Notes: generated from the letters alone by a model not told the origin. 64,000 nucleotides of DNA from Candidatus Bathyarchaeota archaeon (GCA_963697165.1 CAVOMX010000006.1:1-64000); one strand, 5' to 3'. Counted from the stretch's first letter, positions 1 through 11,558 are shown. A program made the numbers and translations.

Positions 1-73
1 AAAGCCCGCGATATTTGCTTTTTTTGTTATTGGGTGATTTACCGTTATTCTTAAATATCTGATATTAACTATA

Positions 74-90
74 TCTAACATAGAGTTAGA
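74..90. promoter_or_regulatory. Putative operator inverted repeat upstream of the membrane-protein/XRE operon
   Basis: TCTAAC-n5-GTTAGA just upstream of a three-gene operon ending in an XRE HTH gene. Confidence 0.4.
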
Positions 91-132
91 AATAACTAAT
101 AAAATGTGATAAATAAACAATGGGGAAAAATA

Positions 133-321
133 ATGAATAATTGGAAAAACATAATCCGAGCATTAGGAATAACAACATGCCTGATTGGTGCCTTTTTGAT
201 GGCTTTTGGAGAACCAATTTTGGGAACAACTCACACAGGCGTTGCAACAGTTGTGGGCATAACTGGAATCGGCATAATAACAACTGCTAAGAAAACATCG
301 TTTTTAGGAAAGAAAAAGTAG
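133..321 (+). CDS. Small two-helix membrane protein
   Basis: Two hydrophobic segments and a basic C-terminus; first gene of a tight operon (the ORF track starts it at 106). Confidence 0.6.
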   Translation: MNNWKNIIRALGITTCLIGAFLMAFGEPILGTTHTGVATVVGITGIGIITTAKKTSFLGKKK

Positions 322-331
322 GGAAAGTAAG

Positions 332-667
332 ATGAATGTTTTCTTATGGCCAATAATAATGGTTCTAATAGCTTCCTTGGCAATAGTCATCGGTGTAATC
401 GCTTTTTGGAGAGTTCGTCGGGAATGGAAGTCGGGTTTTCCACGATCAGATGAGAGAACTTCGAGAATCAATGGAAAAGCAGCATTTTATTCTCTATATG
501 TCGGTTTATACTTCATGATAGCAGTTCTCCTGACCCTTATGGTAGGCAAGGAATTCTTTGGATTTCCTGATCTTGATGCGTACCCCGCTTTGAATGCGTC
601 AATTCTCGTATTCAGTATATCCTTTCTTGTATTGCGATGGTACTTCAACAGAAAAGGCGAATCCTGA
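332..667 (+). CDS. DUF2178-like membrane protein
   Basis: DERTxRI motif followed by TM helices; adjacent to an XRE regulator. Confidence 0.7.
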   Translation: MNVFLWPIIMVLIASLAIVIGVIAFWRVRREWKSGFPRSDERTSRINGKAAFYSLYVGLYFMIAVLLTLMVGKEFFGFPDLDAYPALNASILVFSISFLVLRWYFNRKGES

Positions 668-873
668 TGCGAACAAGAATCAAAGAGCTACGCGCAAGAT
701 ACAATCTTACGCAAGATGACTTGGCAAAGAAAGTTGGAGTAAGAAGAGAAACAATACTTTACATGGAGAAGGGAAAATACAATCCTTCATTAAAGCTTGC
801 ATATGACGTCGCTAAGGCTCTACAAACAACAATTGACAACCTATTCCTCTTTGATGACGAAGATACCGAATAA
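667..873 (+). CDS. XRE/Cro-family HTH transcriptional regulator
   Basis: [41 protein letters not shown] overlaps the upstream stop (TGATG). Confidence 0.9.
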   Translation: MRTRIKELRARYNLTQDDLAKKVGVRRETILYMEKGKYNPSLKLAYDVAKALQTTIDNLFLFDDEDTE

Positions 874-972
874 AACAGCTAATGCGAGCACTTCTTTCTT
901 CGTATACAGGCGCTCGTAACAAGAACTTTTAAGTTAATAGAATAAAATGAGTGAGGTAAGAGGGCAACTCAC

Positions 973-2058
973 TTGGACCTGCAAAAAAGAATCGACCTAG
1001 TTATGAGAAACACGGCGGAAGTCGTGACTCCCCCTGAAATCAGCACATTACTCGAAACAAACCTTAACCCCAGAGCTTACTGGGGTTTCGAATGCTCTGG
1101 ACTATTGCACATTGGAATAGGTCTAGTCTGTTCAGCAAAAATCAAAGACATGGTAAACGCTGGATTTAAGTTCACAATATTTCTAGCCGACTGGCATTCA
1201 TGGATAAACAACAAGCTAGGCGGAGACATGGAGAACATCCGCATCTGTGGAGAATACCTGAAACAAATCTTTACAGCTCTTGGATTAACGCCAGACAAAG
1301 TGGAGTTTCTCTGGGCATCAGACATAACCGGCAAAGTTGAATATTGGGAAAAAGTTATTCGAATAGCAAAGAGCGTCTCAGTTAAGCGAACGTGGCGTGC
1401 TCTGCCCGTCATGGGACGTGAAACAAGTATGACCGACATCGAAACCGCATGGGTTTTCTATCCTTGTATGCAAGCGGCAGACATCTTTGAGATGAATATG
1501 GATGTAGCTTGTTCAGGCATCGACCAAAGGAAAGCCCACATGCTTGCTAGAGACTCAGCGGAGAAGCTCAAGTGGAGAAAACCTTCATGTATTCACACTC
1601 CTCTTCTTATTGGACTTCAAGGACCACAGATAACAGAAAAAATGTTTGACGAAAACGAAGAATTGAACGTTGAAATCAGCTCCAAAATGTCCAAAAGCAT
1701 TCCACAGAGCAGCATTCTAGTTCACGATTCTCCCGAAGACATCGCCTTAAAAATAAAGAATGCTTATTGCCCCCCCAAACTGGTGAAAAATAATCCTATA
1801 CTCGAATTGGCTAGACTTATAATCTATCCAGAAAAGGACCAGTTGGAAATACCTCGACCAGCCAAATATGGTGGTCCTGAAACATTCGAAAACTTCAAGC
1901 AGCTTGAAAGCACCTACAGCGAAGGCAAAATTCACCCACTTGACCTAAAGAATGGCGTCACCGAAGCACTTATTGAAATCCTAAGGCCAGTCCGAGAACA
2001 TTTCAGTAAACATCCAGATACGCTGGAAAAAATGTTGAAAATAGAGATAACTAGGTAA
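973..2058 (+). CDS. tyrS: Tyrosine--tRNA ligase (archaeal type)
   Basis: AYWGFECSGLLHIG, ADWHSWIN, YPCMQAAD, GIDQRKAH and KMSKS motifs. Confidence 0.93.
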   Translation: MDLQKRIDLVMRNTAEVVTPPEISTLLETNLNPRAYWGFECSGLLHIGIGLVCSAKIKDMVNAGFKFTIFLADWHSWINNKLGGDMENIRICGEYLKQIFTALGLTPDKVEFLWASDITGKVEYWEKVIRIAKSVSVKRTWRALPVMGRETSMTDIETAWVFYPCMQAADIFEMNMDVACSGIDQRKAHMLARDSAEKLKWRKPSCIHTPLLIGLQGPQITEKMFDENEELNVEISSKMSKSIPQSSILVHDSPEDIALKIKNAYCPPKLVKNNPILELARLIIYPEKDQLEIPRPAKYGGPETFENFKQLESTYSEGKIHPLDLKNGVTEALIEILRPVREHFSKHPDTLEKMLKIEITR

Positions 2059-2063
2059 ATGAG

Positions 2064-2543
2064 TTGTCAACAAAAACAGAGAAAAGGTTAGAACTAATCC
2101 GTAACCTCTTAGAAAGGCTAGAAACCAAATCAGCCAAAGGCACTCCGATAGTTGTAGAAGGAAGGAACGATCTCAAAGCTCTTAACAAACTTGGAATAAC
2201 TGGAGACATAATCTTGGCAAAAACTTCAGGAAAATCATTTCTTGATGTTCTCGGTGAAATAGAAAGAAGGGAAAGCCGCGAAATTATTCTTCTTTTTGAT
2301 TTTGACCGACGTGGCAAAGAATGGACTCGTCGTTTGGCTAGTTGCTTAGAAGGGATGAGAATAACGCCTATTCTTCTTTTTTGGAGAATGCTCTTAGGTC
2401 TGGTTGGTCATGATGTCAAGGATATAGAGGGGTTGGCGACATATCTTGATACTTTGATAACTAAGCGTTCAACTTCACAAAGTATAATAGATACTGAAGA
2501 CTTAAAACAGAAATGTCTCAGTTTTCACGGGGACAAATTATGA
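2064..2543 (+). CDS. Toprim domain protein (small primase-like)
   Basis: IVVEGRND and DFDRRG toprim motifs; directly upstream of dnaG. Confidence 0.85.
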   Translation: MSTKTEKRLELIRNLLERLETKSAKGTPIVVEGRNDLKALNKLGITGDIILAKTSGKSFLDVLGEIERRESREIILLFDFDRRGKEWTRRLASCLEGMRITPILLFWRMLLGLVGHDVKDIEGLATYLDTLITKRSTSQSIIDTEDLKQKCLSFHGDKL

Positions 2544-2552
2544 TTGAGGTGA

Positions 2553-3719
2553 ATAGAAACGAAATCAGAACAAACTGTTACGATAAAGTATGTTATTCGC
2601 GCCCGATTCGACGTGGAGGGAGTCGTTGAAAAACCGGACGTGATTGGAGCACTTTTTGGGCAAACCGAAGGATTGTTTGGACCCGAGCTTGATCTCCGCG
2701 AACTCCAAAAATTGGGTAGAATCGGAAGAATAGAAATTAGCCTAGAATCAAAACAAGACAAAACTAATGGAAAAATAAACATACCCACAAGTCTTGATAG
2801 AGTTTCAACAGCCATTATCGCAGCAAGCATTGAAAGCATAAATCGTGTAGGACCTTGCAAAGCAACGGTTACTCTAATCAAAATAGAGGACACGCGCGAC
2901 GCTAGACGAAGACTCATTATAGACCGAGCCAAAGAGGTTCTCCGTAAATGGACCGTCGAAACTATGCCTGGTACTGACGAGATTTTCAGAGAAGTCTCAG
3001 AAATGTTGAGGCTAGCAAGAGTAGAAAAATACGGACCCGAAGGACTAACTGCAGGACCAGAAATCACCACTTCAAAGCAGATACTTGTTGTCGAAGGAAG
3101 AGCAGACGTAATAAATCTACTACGAGCTGGAATACAGAACACAATCGCTGTCGAAGGCGCCAAAATCCCACAGACAATAATCAAGATATGCCGAGAACGA
3201 GAAGCTACAGCATTTCTCGATGGCGACCGAGGAGGAGACCTTATTCTAAAAGAACTTCAACAAGTAACTACCATAAAGTACGTTGCTAGAGCACCCCGAG
3301 GTAAAGAAGTAGAGGATCTGACTTTCAGAGAGATCGAACAAGCCCTGAAAGAAAAAGTTCTCCTAGCACCAAAAGAAAAAGTTCTCCTCGAAAAACCCAA
3401 AGTAAAGAAAGAGCGACGAAAAAAATTGGTTCCAAAACCGATTGTTGAGGCCGCAACAGTTTTGAGTGGAACGTTGGAAGCTGTGCTCCTTGACAAAGAG
3501 CTGAAACAAGTGGATCGATTGCCCGTAAGAGAACTTGCAGAGAAACTTCAACATATAAAGGATATTGATACTGTTGTCTTTGATGGCATTATAACTCAGA
3601 GAATCGTTGATATCGCTGCAGAAAAGGATATCAGCTACCTTGTAGCAGCCCGAATTTCAACTGCTATGAAACAGCCATTAAAAGTAAAACTGCTGACGTT
3701 CGAAGAAATCTTAGCTTAA
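2553..3719 (+). CDS. dnaG: Archaeal DnaG (exosome-associated primase-like protein)
   Basis: KYVIRARFDVEGVVEKPDVIGALFGQTEG, VVEGRADV, DGDRGG; conserved N-terminus extends upstream of the GTG at 2613. Confidence 0.92.
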   Translation: METKSEQTVTIKYVIRARFDVEGVVEKPDVIGALFGQTEGLFGPELDLRELQKLGRIGRIEISLESKQDKTNGKINIPTSLDRVSTAIIAASIESINRVGPCKATVTLIKIEDTRDARRRLIIDRAKEVLRKWTVETMPGTDEIFREVSEMLRLARVEKYGPEGLTAGPEITTSKQILVVEGRADVINLLRAGIQNTIAVEGAKIPQTIIKICREREATAFLDGDRGGDLILKELQQVTTIKYVARAPRGKEVEDLTFREIEQALKEKVLLAPKEKVLLEKPKVKKERRKKLVPKPIVEAATVLSGTLEAVLLDKELKQVDRLPVRELAEKLQHIKDIDTVVFDGIITQRIVDIAAEKDISYLVAARISTAMKQPLKVKLLTFEEILA

Positions 3720-3989
3720 TCCTCTAAAATCGAGAAAAACAAATAGCTATTATGGAGGCAAACAGTGCCTCCTCAACCAAATTATAATATAATTAAACTT
3801 CCAGAAGCAGTTGACATCGTCTCACTCAAGAACACCTACTTGCTATTTATCTGCTGAAACGTATAGTTTTCCTTTCACAAAAAACTATAATCATCGACAC
3901 GAAAGTTGAGGGAACAATATTCCAATACGCTTTTAACGGTTTTAGCTAGCACTTATTACACTGCTCAACATGGAAAGGATAGAATTCTT

Positions 3990-5069
3990 TTGAAAATTTT
4001 TCGAATAGACCTAAAAAAGGGTTTTGCTAAGGTCATGCCAGAGAGTCTAGACGACCTGTGGCACCTATATAACCTAATTCTCGAAAAGGATGAGGTCTAC
4101 GCCCGCACAACAAGACAAACAAAACCTGATGATCAGTATGCACGACCTACAAAGGCAAAAAGAGTTTCCGTAAATCTGGGTCTACAAGTTGAAAAACTGT
4201 ATTGGGATCGGGTTCTCAATCGCTTGAGGATAACCGGCATTGTATGTGAAGCACCAGAAAAATTGAGCATTGCTGGATCACGGCACACAATTAATGTGAC
4301 TGTGAACAAGCCTGTCACTATCGTAAAAAAGCGATGGCAGAACCACCAACTTGACCGATTGAAGCGAGCAAGCAGAATCACCGCTGCGCCTCTCACAATA
4401 ATTTCGATGGATGACGAAGAATATTGTGTGGCTGTTCTGCGTCAATATGGTGTTGACGTGAAGGTAGGTGAGCGAATTAAGATTCCGGGAAAGTTTGAGG
4501 CAGAAAAAAGAGGGAAAGCAAAACAGGTGTTTTTTAAGAGAGCACTTTCATCTCTGCGGGAAGCGTGGGCTCCTCTTAATAGTCCGATAGTTGTTATTGG
4601 ACCCGGATTTATCAAGGATGATTTCGTTGATTATGTGAAAGAAGAGGCTAAAGATGTTGCTGCCTCAGTTATTGGAGTAAAAGGAGTAAATAGTGCTGGT
4701 TTGTCTGGTATACAAGAATCGCTTCGTTCAGGAATTCTCACTAATGTGCTACAACATGTGAGAGTGGCTGACGAAATGAAGGCTATGGAAGAGTTCTTGG
4801 CGAGGCTTGGAAAAGATAAACAGGACGTAACATATGGATTCGATGAAGTTGAAAAGGCAACTAATTATGGCGCGGTTAAAAAGCTTCTAGTTGCAGACTC
4901 GACCCTGAGGGAAACCACAGAAGAAAAGCGGATAGCCTTGGAGAACCTTATGAAAAACGTTGAAGCTGCACGTGGAGAAATCATGGTCCTTAGTACTGAG
5001 CATGAGGCAGGAACAAAACTTCTTTCACTCGGTGGAGTAGCCGCTCTTCTTCGATTTCCGTTGCCCTAA
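3990..5069 (+). CDS. pelA: mRNA surveillance protein pelota
   Basis: PESLDDLWHLYN, RLRITG, GPGF, EHEAG..L..LGGVAALLRF; likely TTG start at 3990. Confidence 0.93.
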   Translation: MKIFRIDLKKGFAKVMPESLDDLWHLYNLILEKDEVYARTTRQTKPDDQYARPTKAKRVSVNLGLQVEKLYWDRVLNRLRITGIVCEAPEKLSIAGSRHTINVTVNKPVTIVKKRWQNHQLDRLKRASRITAAPLTIISMDDEEYCVAVLRQYGVDVKVGERIKIPGKFEAEKRGKAKQVFFKRALSSLREAWAPLNSPIVVIGPGFIKDDFVDYVKEEAKDVAASVIGVKGVNSAGLSGIQESLRSGILTNVLQHVRVADEMKAMEEFLARLGKDKQDVTYGFDEVEKATNYGAVKKLLVADSTLRETTEEKRIALENLMKNVEAARGEIMVLSTEHEAGTKLLSLGGVAALLRFPLP

Positions 5070-5082
5070 CAGCTCATTTTGG

Positions 5083-5796
5083 TTAGTTTTTGTAAAATTT
5101 TATTCGTCTACGAACCGCAGGATTCTGATCCGCAAGTTTTTTCATAGCTTGCTCATAAGTTTCGTCAGGAGCCAGTTCTTTCTCGATAAAGACTCCTGTT
5201 CTTCCCACTTTATCACGACGTATGAGAGCACGAACACGGTCTAACACTGTATTAAGTGAGACACCTAATAGATTCGCAACCATTTCTTGATGACCTATTA
5301 CTGCAGTCTCTATATGGCCTTCTTCTGTAGGTTCTATTAGCATAAGCCTCTTGTCTACTCCTGAATTACGTTTTTCTTTTCTGAGTTCCGAAAGGGACGC
5401 TTCGCCTCCAAACTTGTAGAACTCCTTTTCTACTGGACGTAGCTTCACCAAAGGAAATGATAGACTAGTTTGGTGATCCAATTCGATGTATCCTTTCAGG
5501 GCATAAAGGGGAGTAGCTTGTATAATTTTTCGTTGATAAGGCTGAAAACCTGACCGTTCAAGCGCCGTTTCTATGCTAAAAGAGGAGGGAGGCTCTGGCA
5601 AATAGATGTCAATATCGCTCATTTCTGAAACGTCGCCGCGGACGATACTTCCGTGAACAATAGAACGCAGATGTAAGTTGTCTAGCTTCTCCATTGTTTG
5701 AATTGTTTCTAACCTTAATTTCTGGAAAAGCTTCCAGTGTTTACTGTCGTAAATAATCTCTTCTTGTTCGGCTCTTTGCATCGGCTTTTTAGCCAT
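5083..5796 (-). CDS. Archaeal Pol-beta-type nucleotidyltransferase (COG2413-like)
   Basis: HGSIVRGDV..SDIDI, GVDKRLMLIEP and RRDKVGRTGVF motifs. Confidence 0.85.
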   Translation of the reverse strand: MAKKPMQRAEQEEIIYDSKHWKLFQKLRLETIQTMEKLDNLHLRSIVHGSIVRGDVSEMSDIDIYLPEPPSSFSIETALERSGFQPYQRKIIQATPLYALKGYIELDHQTSLSFPLVKLRPVEKEFYKFGGEASLSELRKEKRNSGVDKRLMLIEPTEEGHIETAVIGHQEMVANLLGVSLNTVLDRVRALIRRDKVGRTGVFIEKELAPDETYEQAMKKLADQNPAVRRRIKFYKN

Positions 5797-5798
5797 TT

Positions 5799-6122
5799 TT
5801 ATTTCACCGGTTCAAGGCAAGCCTTCATCCAGTCTAGGTACGATTGAGACCCCTCCACTATTGGAAGTGCCAGAATCTCAGGAATCTCATAGCTGTGTAG
5901 TTCCTTTATTTTATTTGAGAGATTTTTGAAGAATTTTTGATGTGACTTCATTATAACTAGTACCTCTTTTTCTTCTTCTATCTTTTCTTTCCAACAGAAA
6001 AATGAAGAAACAGGATCTATTATGTTGGCGCAGGCGATTAACCGTTTTTCTAGTAGAGTATGAACTATCTTCACGGCTTCTTCTTTGTTGCTGGTTGTCA
6101 TTAACACAATCAGGTATGACAT
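5799..6122 (-). CDS. cutA: Divalent-cation tolerance protein CutA
   Basis: LLEKRLIACANI and HSYEIPEI motifs. Confidence 0.92.
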   Translation of the reverse strand: MSYLIVLMTTSNKEEAVKIVHTLLEKRLIACANIIDPVSSFFCWKEKIEEEKEVLVIMKSHQKFFKNLSNKIKELHSYEIPEILALPIVEGSQSYLDWMKACLEPVK

Positions 6123-6292
6123 ATATTCTCCTACAATGATTATATCTGAACACTATTTTAAGTGAATCAATGTGATGATGTAAATCCTGTAAAATATCTC
6201 TGTAATTATGTAAAATTTGGCCCTTTAAAAGGAAAATCTTAAATTAGATCCCTTAAGTACATAGTAGTCGTTAAAAATCGAGAGATGAAAAA

Positions 6293-8920
6293 ATGGAAAT
6301 TCTAAAAAATAAAACAAAATTGACCGCAATATTCGTAATAGTTCTTTTGACAGCATCTACTTTTATGCTAATGGCAAATCCACTACAAGCTCAGGATGAT
6401 CATGGAGGAACTCCAGCGCAGACAGGAATGGCAGGTAGTGTGGTCGGATCCGCACCAGCAAACGCAAACATCACATGGTACTTTGACCCCCAAGCACGTC
6501 TTGCTTTCACTCCTAACCCTGTAGGTGTAAACCAGATATTCACAATTAACTTATGGATTACACCACCACCAAGTGCAGAACGCTACATGAAAGACTACCA
6601 AGTAGAAATCACAAAACCTGATGGCACATCAAACACAGTAACAATCGATTCATATGTAGCCGACGGAACAGCATGGTTCCCTTACCTAGCCGACCAAGTA
6701 GGAGAATGGAATTTACAATTCTTCTTCCAGGGACAATACAACCCAGCAGGATTTTACAGTGACGGAGAATGGCGAACAGAAGAATTCCAAGGCTCAATGT
6801 GGTACGACGGAGACTACTACAGACCCACCCAAACTGCAGTACAAACACTTACCGTACAAGAAGAATTCGTGTACTCTTGGCCACTTATTGACCTACCAAC
6901 CGACTATTGGACCCGTCCAATATCGCTGGAACACAGAGAATGGGCAGCAATCGCAGGCAACTATCCATGGAATGAACAGGAAACAAACTCTGAATGGAGC
7001 GGTGATCCCGACTGGTATGGTCCCTACGTCACGGCACCAAACACTTCACACGTTGTCTGGAAACGACAACAAGACATAGCAGGTATTATAGGTGGAGAAG
7101 CTGGTGTATACGGTGATCTTGCTAGTGTAGATACTCCTAATGTAATCTATTTGGGACGATGCTACGATCAGGTCTACCGTCCTATAGTAGGCGAAACAGC
7201 CAGATGCTATAATCTACGCACAGGAGAAATCTACTACGATATACCCGTCTCAGAAGGTGGAATCACACCGATGTGGATTGCCTACGATAAGCCAGCAGAC
7301 ACTGCAGTTCCTGGCGCAGGCGCGGCCCGCGCAGTCACAGCCACACTTATTGCAGTAGATAGCACTGCTAACCCAACTGAACTGTATAAGATCAATCCAT
7401 TCTCTGGGATAGTAAGCAGCTATGACCTAACAGCCGCTGGCGGACCTGGACGAATACTGGCCTTCAGAAACGATTACTTCCTAAGCGTACGAGATTCAAG
7501 TGACAGCGTTGTTGATCCTTACATGATGTCTCATTTCTGGAACCGCACAAGCATCCAAGATAATGGATATCCAACTTACCTCTATAACTGGACAGTTATC
7601 CCTAACACCAACAACTTCGTCAGCAGACTAAATAGCAACATAACCTTCAGACTATGTCCAAGCTTCAGAGGCTCAGCATATCCAGAAAGCTCTAAATGGA
7701 ACTGGTATGGACGAATGGGTACTGCCGACTTGGATTCAGGTTACACTGTAATCACAAGACGATTCTTTGATAACGCAGTTTGGGGCGGAAATGCATAGGT
7801 GTAAGCCTATATACTGGTGAGGTACTATGGGAAAGATACTTCGATAAATGCACCATACAGCCCATCGAACAACAGTCGCTGAAGATGGAGTCGCAGTTAT
7901 CTGCTTTAACCAAGGAGAAGTCGTGGGACTTGACATGGCAACAGGCGCAATAAAATGGACAAACAATGGAAACTCTTATCCATTCGGTGGATTCTGGGGA
8001 TACGACGAAGCCGCAGCTTACGGCATGGCATACTTCTGGTCATACGATGGAGTTCAAGCCTTTAACTTACAGGACGGAACTCTAACATGGCACTACAATG
8101 ATCCAGCAATACCCTTCGAAACAACATACTATGGCACAACAGGCGTAGAAGCTTACTCCTTTAACGGAAATGGTGTTGTTGCTGATGGAAAAGTTTTCAC
8201 ACGAAACAGCGAGCACACAGCTACTGCACCATATACAAGAGGTTGGAGTCTTCACTGTCTAGATGCCTATACTGGTGAAAAGATATGGAAGATTGCAGCA
8301 CCAATGAATCCTGGTGCAGCAGCAGACGGTTACCTAACAGCAGGCAACAGTTATGATGGATACCTATATGTCTTCGGCAAGGGCAAGAGTGAGACCACTG
8401 TTTCAGCTCCTAATGTTGCAGTACCAAAAGGAACTGCAATGATGATAACTGGATCAGTTTTGGACATATCTCCTGCTCAGAAAGGCACTCCATGTGTATC
8501 TGATGCATCTATGGACACTCAGATGAACTTCTTACACATGGTAAGACCAGTAGATGGAATCTATCACAACGAAACGATCACCGGCGTTCCAGTAATGCTA
8601 ACAGCTATCGGAACAGACGGCACTTATGTCGAAATTGGCACAACCACAACAGACGGATACTATGGCGACTTTGCATCATGCGTGGACACCAGAAAAGGAA
8701 GGAACATACAGAATTCTCGCCCAATTTGTTGGATCCGAATCTTATGGTAGCTCAGGAGCAGCAGTTGGAGTTGTAGTCGGTCCAGCAGCATCACCAGGAG
8801 GCACCAATAGAACCAGAACCCACTCCATTGATCAGCACCGAAGTAGCTATCGCAATAGGTGTGATTGCAGTCGCAATCATAGCCGCAGTCGGATACTTAG
8901 TACTACGAAAACGAAAATAA
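6293..8920 (+). CDS. Large secreted PQQ-like beta-propeller surface protein with C-terminal TM anchor (frameshifted into several ORFs)
   Basis: Signal peptide; LPTDYWTRP, CYNLRTGE, ADGK, CLDAYTGEKIW; C-terminus STEVAIAIGVIAVAIIAAVGYLVLRKRK; frame breaks near 7795, 8680 and 8800. Confidence 0.8.
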
Positions 8921-8940
8921 ATCCCAAAATAATCTTCCAT

Positions 8941-8971
8941 CCCCTTTTTTTTGGGGGGGAGATCCCTTTTT
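8941..8971 (+). terminator. Oligo-T terminator
   Basis: CCCC-T8-GGGGGGG followed by a further T-run just after the stop codon. Confidence 0.5.
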
Positions 8972-9373
8972 TATGTATACATAAACATGTTTGAAGAACA
9001 AATATGAAATTAGTTTTTTATATCGGAATCGGAACAGATAGAGTAAACAATAGTATATTCTGTTTTGTTTGAAGATTAATTAATGCTTTAAAGAAAAGGT
9101 AAAAGTGGTTTAGTATTATATCGTCCTGATTTCTGTTTGGTCTATTGCATACTAGAAGATCAAGTTTCAAGATAAGGAAAAAACTCGCTATTAAAAGGAG
9201 TGCGCGGTTTTCAAACATATGCATATTCTGTTTAAAATTTTTTTCTATATTTTTCTCTAAATTTTGGCAGCATTAATCTCTTCCTAACTGAGACTTCTTT
9301 TTAGAACCGAAGAATATTTAGTGAAACAACCACACACAAGAGAAAGCAAGAACAATATGGATGCATCTATTCA

Positions 9374-10054
9374 TTGGCGAAGGTTTTCAAAATGATGATA
9401 TCTGGAGTTGACGAAGCCGGTCGCGGATCTGTTATTGGGCCTTTAGTTATAGCAGGTATTTCGATTAATGAGAAAGATTTACCTAAGTTGATAGACATTG
9501 GCGTGAAGGATTCAAAGCTCCTTTCGCCTTGTAGACGAGAAGAACTTGCTATACAAGTAAAAGATTTGGCTCTGATCTATCATGTCGTGTTTTTGTCTCC
9601 TGGTGAGATTGACATAGTTGTTGAAAGTAAAAGAAGACTGCATAAGTTGAATCGTCTTGAAGCTAAAGCAATGGCTAAAGTGATAACAATTCTTAAACCC
9701 GACGTGATCTATGTAGACGCATCAGACGTTCTAGCAGATAGATTTGGAGAGCACATCGCAGAAAACCTCAACTTCAAACCCAAAATAATCTCTGAACATA
9801 AGGCAGACCTAACATATCCTATCGTATCAGCTGCATCTATCATAGCCAAAGTAGAACGAGACCAGGTGATTTCACAGTTGCAAAATAAACATGGTAACAT
9901 AGGCTGCGGCTACCCCAGCGACCCGAATACAATAAAATTTCTAGAAAACTGGATAATAAAGTTTGGTTCCTACCCCGATTTCGTAAGAAAATCTTGGAAA
10001 ACCGCAAAAAGACTTAAGGACAAAGCAGATTCAAAACAAAAAAAACTACAGTAA
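9374..10054 (+). CDS. rnhB: Ribonuclease HII
   Basis: GVDEAGRG, DSKLL, VSAASIIAKV, GYPSDP. Confidence 0.95.
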   Translation: MAKVFKMMISGVDEAGRGSVIGPLVIAGISINEKDLPKLIDIGVKDSKLLSPCRREELAIQVKDLALIYHVVFLSPGEIDIVVESKRRLHKLNRLEAKAMAKVITILKPDVIYVDASDVLADRFGEHIAENLNFKPKIISEHKADLTYPIVSAASIIAKVERDQVISQLQNKHGNIGCGYPSDPNTIKFLENWIIKFGSYPDFVRKSWKTAKRLKDKADSKQKKLQ

Positions 10055-10344
10055 AGTTGCAATTGGTTGTGTGAGAATCAGGTTTAATTAAGATTTGCGA
10101 AGGGTTCTTCCTTTTGCTTCATTGTGGATATTACTCCATGTGACGTCTAATGTAACTATTGTCTATCATTTCAGAACCATAAATGTGTTAGATGTCCAAC
10201 TTTCGGCTATTATCGAGGTCCACTTAAAGGGTGAATGAACTCTACAACGGCACTAGCATCAGTCGTTGTTTTTGGAACGCTATCTTTTTTGATTGCAGAG
10301 AATTAACGTAGCTAAGCGGCCCACATCCTTGATCTGAACTGTGT

Positions 10345-11445
10345 TTATCTTATGGCTTTACACATTTTCGTGTCTTTACAAAGAACCCTATGAATTGCCG
10401 TTTCAGCTATTTCTGATCCTATTTCAGCTATTCTTCGAGCCCCCCACAATAGGAAGCTTATTTGAGCGACGGCACAAGCTTCTATCGGTCTTTTACCCTT
10501 GAAATATTTGCTCACCGAGAAATTTTTTCCATGCAAATAAGCAGAACTACATATCCTTTCCTGCAACATCTCTTCCGTTTGCTGAATCTCAAGGTATGTC
10601 TCTATTGCTTTATTTGCCAGTTGGATATCGCTGGAGAAGAAACTGTTTATTGCTTCATGGCATATTCCATAAGTTCGTTCGTTAATCTCAATTATTTTTT
10701 GAATTAATTCTTCTCCAATGATTTCCTTGGATTTGTTTAAAGCAATAATTTTTTCTGCGGTTTTATTTGCCCAATCAGCGATAAGCCGCAAATATTGGGC
10801 TATCAAGCGATACCAGATAATTAGAGATGGGTTGTCTATTTCCATCTGGCTGGCTATGCCTTTGTCTCGTTGGCAGCTATTTAATAAGCGAACTATTACC
10901 CAGAACATTGTGTATGCTTCTTTATCTCTGCGTATTGCTTCGCCTGCAAGTTCCACATCTAAATTCGGTAGAGAATCTATCATTTCTCTGTGCATAGTAG
11001 AGCTGATTATGAACAGTCTTCTAAGCAGAGTGTTTATGGGAAATTTTGTTGTATCAATAGAGCATTGGATCAGGAGCGAATTGGGTGTTTCCTCCATTAT
11101 GCCCATACCCATCAGTTCACGTGTGATGGTCCTGATTTTGTTTACCTGCTCGCTGCTCAGCCTGTTTGTTGAAACTATTTTTATGCTATCGTATCCAAGG
11201 GAATAGACACCCATTAGAGCCCTACCCAACATTTTGGGGTCTTTACAAAAATCTCCGTTCAATTCAACTGTTGAGTCTGGCTGTTTTTCTATTTGTCCTG
11301 GGGTCATTATTTTAAGTATGTTGCCTTCATCTTCTTTAAAGAAGACAAGTTGTCCCTTTTTTAAACCAACTTCTTTTACCCATTCATTAGGAAGTGAAAC
11401 AGCTAAACTAGAAGATCCTACGCGTTGAACTTTTCTGGATTCCAT
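10345..11445 (-). CDS. AbrB-PhoU family archaeal transcriptional regulator
   Basis: RKVQRVGSSSLAVSLPxxW AbrB N-terminus plus two PhoU-like helical repeats. Confidence 0.85.
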   Translation of the reverse strand: MESRKVQRVGSSSLAVSLPNEWVKEVGLKKGQLVFFKEDEGNILKIMTPGQIEKQPDSTVELNGDFCKDPKMLGRALMGVYSLGYDSIKIVSTNRLSSEQVNKIRTITRELMGMGIMEETPNSLLIQCSIDTTKFPINTLLRRLFIISSTMHREMIDSLPNLDVELAGEAIRRDKEAYTMFWVIVRLLNSCQRDKGIASQMEIDNPSLIIWYRLIAQYLRLIADWANKTAEKIIALNKSKEIIGEELIQKIIEINERTYGICHEAINSFFSSDIQLANKAIETYLEIQQTEEMLQERICSSAYLHGKNFSVSKYFKGKRPIEACAVAQISFLLWGARRIAEIGSEIAETAIHRVLCKDTKMCKAIR

Positions 11446-11477
11446 AGTATCTCTCTCTTATCTGTATTTACGGTAAT

Positions 11478-11527
11478 GGTTAGTATATATACATTATTAC
11501 TTTAATCACGTAATGTATATACTAACC
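11478..11527. promoter_or_regulatory. Symmetric divergent promoter/operator
   Basis: GGTTAGTATA(TA)TACATTA ... TAATGTATATACTAACC inverted repeat between divergent genes, with a TATA-like core in each arm. Confidence 0.6.
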
Positions 11528-11558
11528 CTTCTATGTTATTATAATCAAGGCGATAAAA

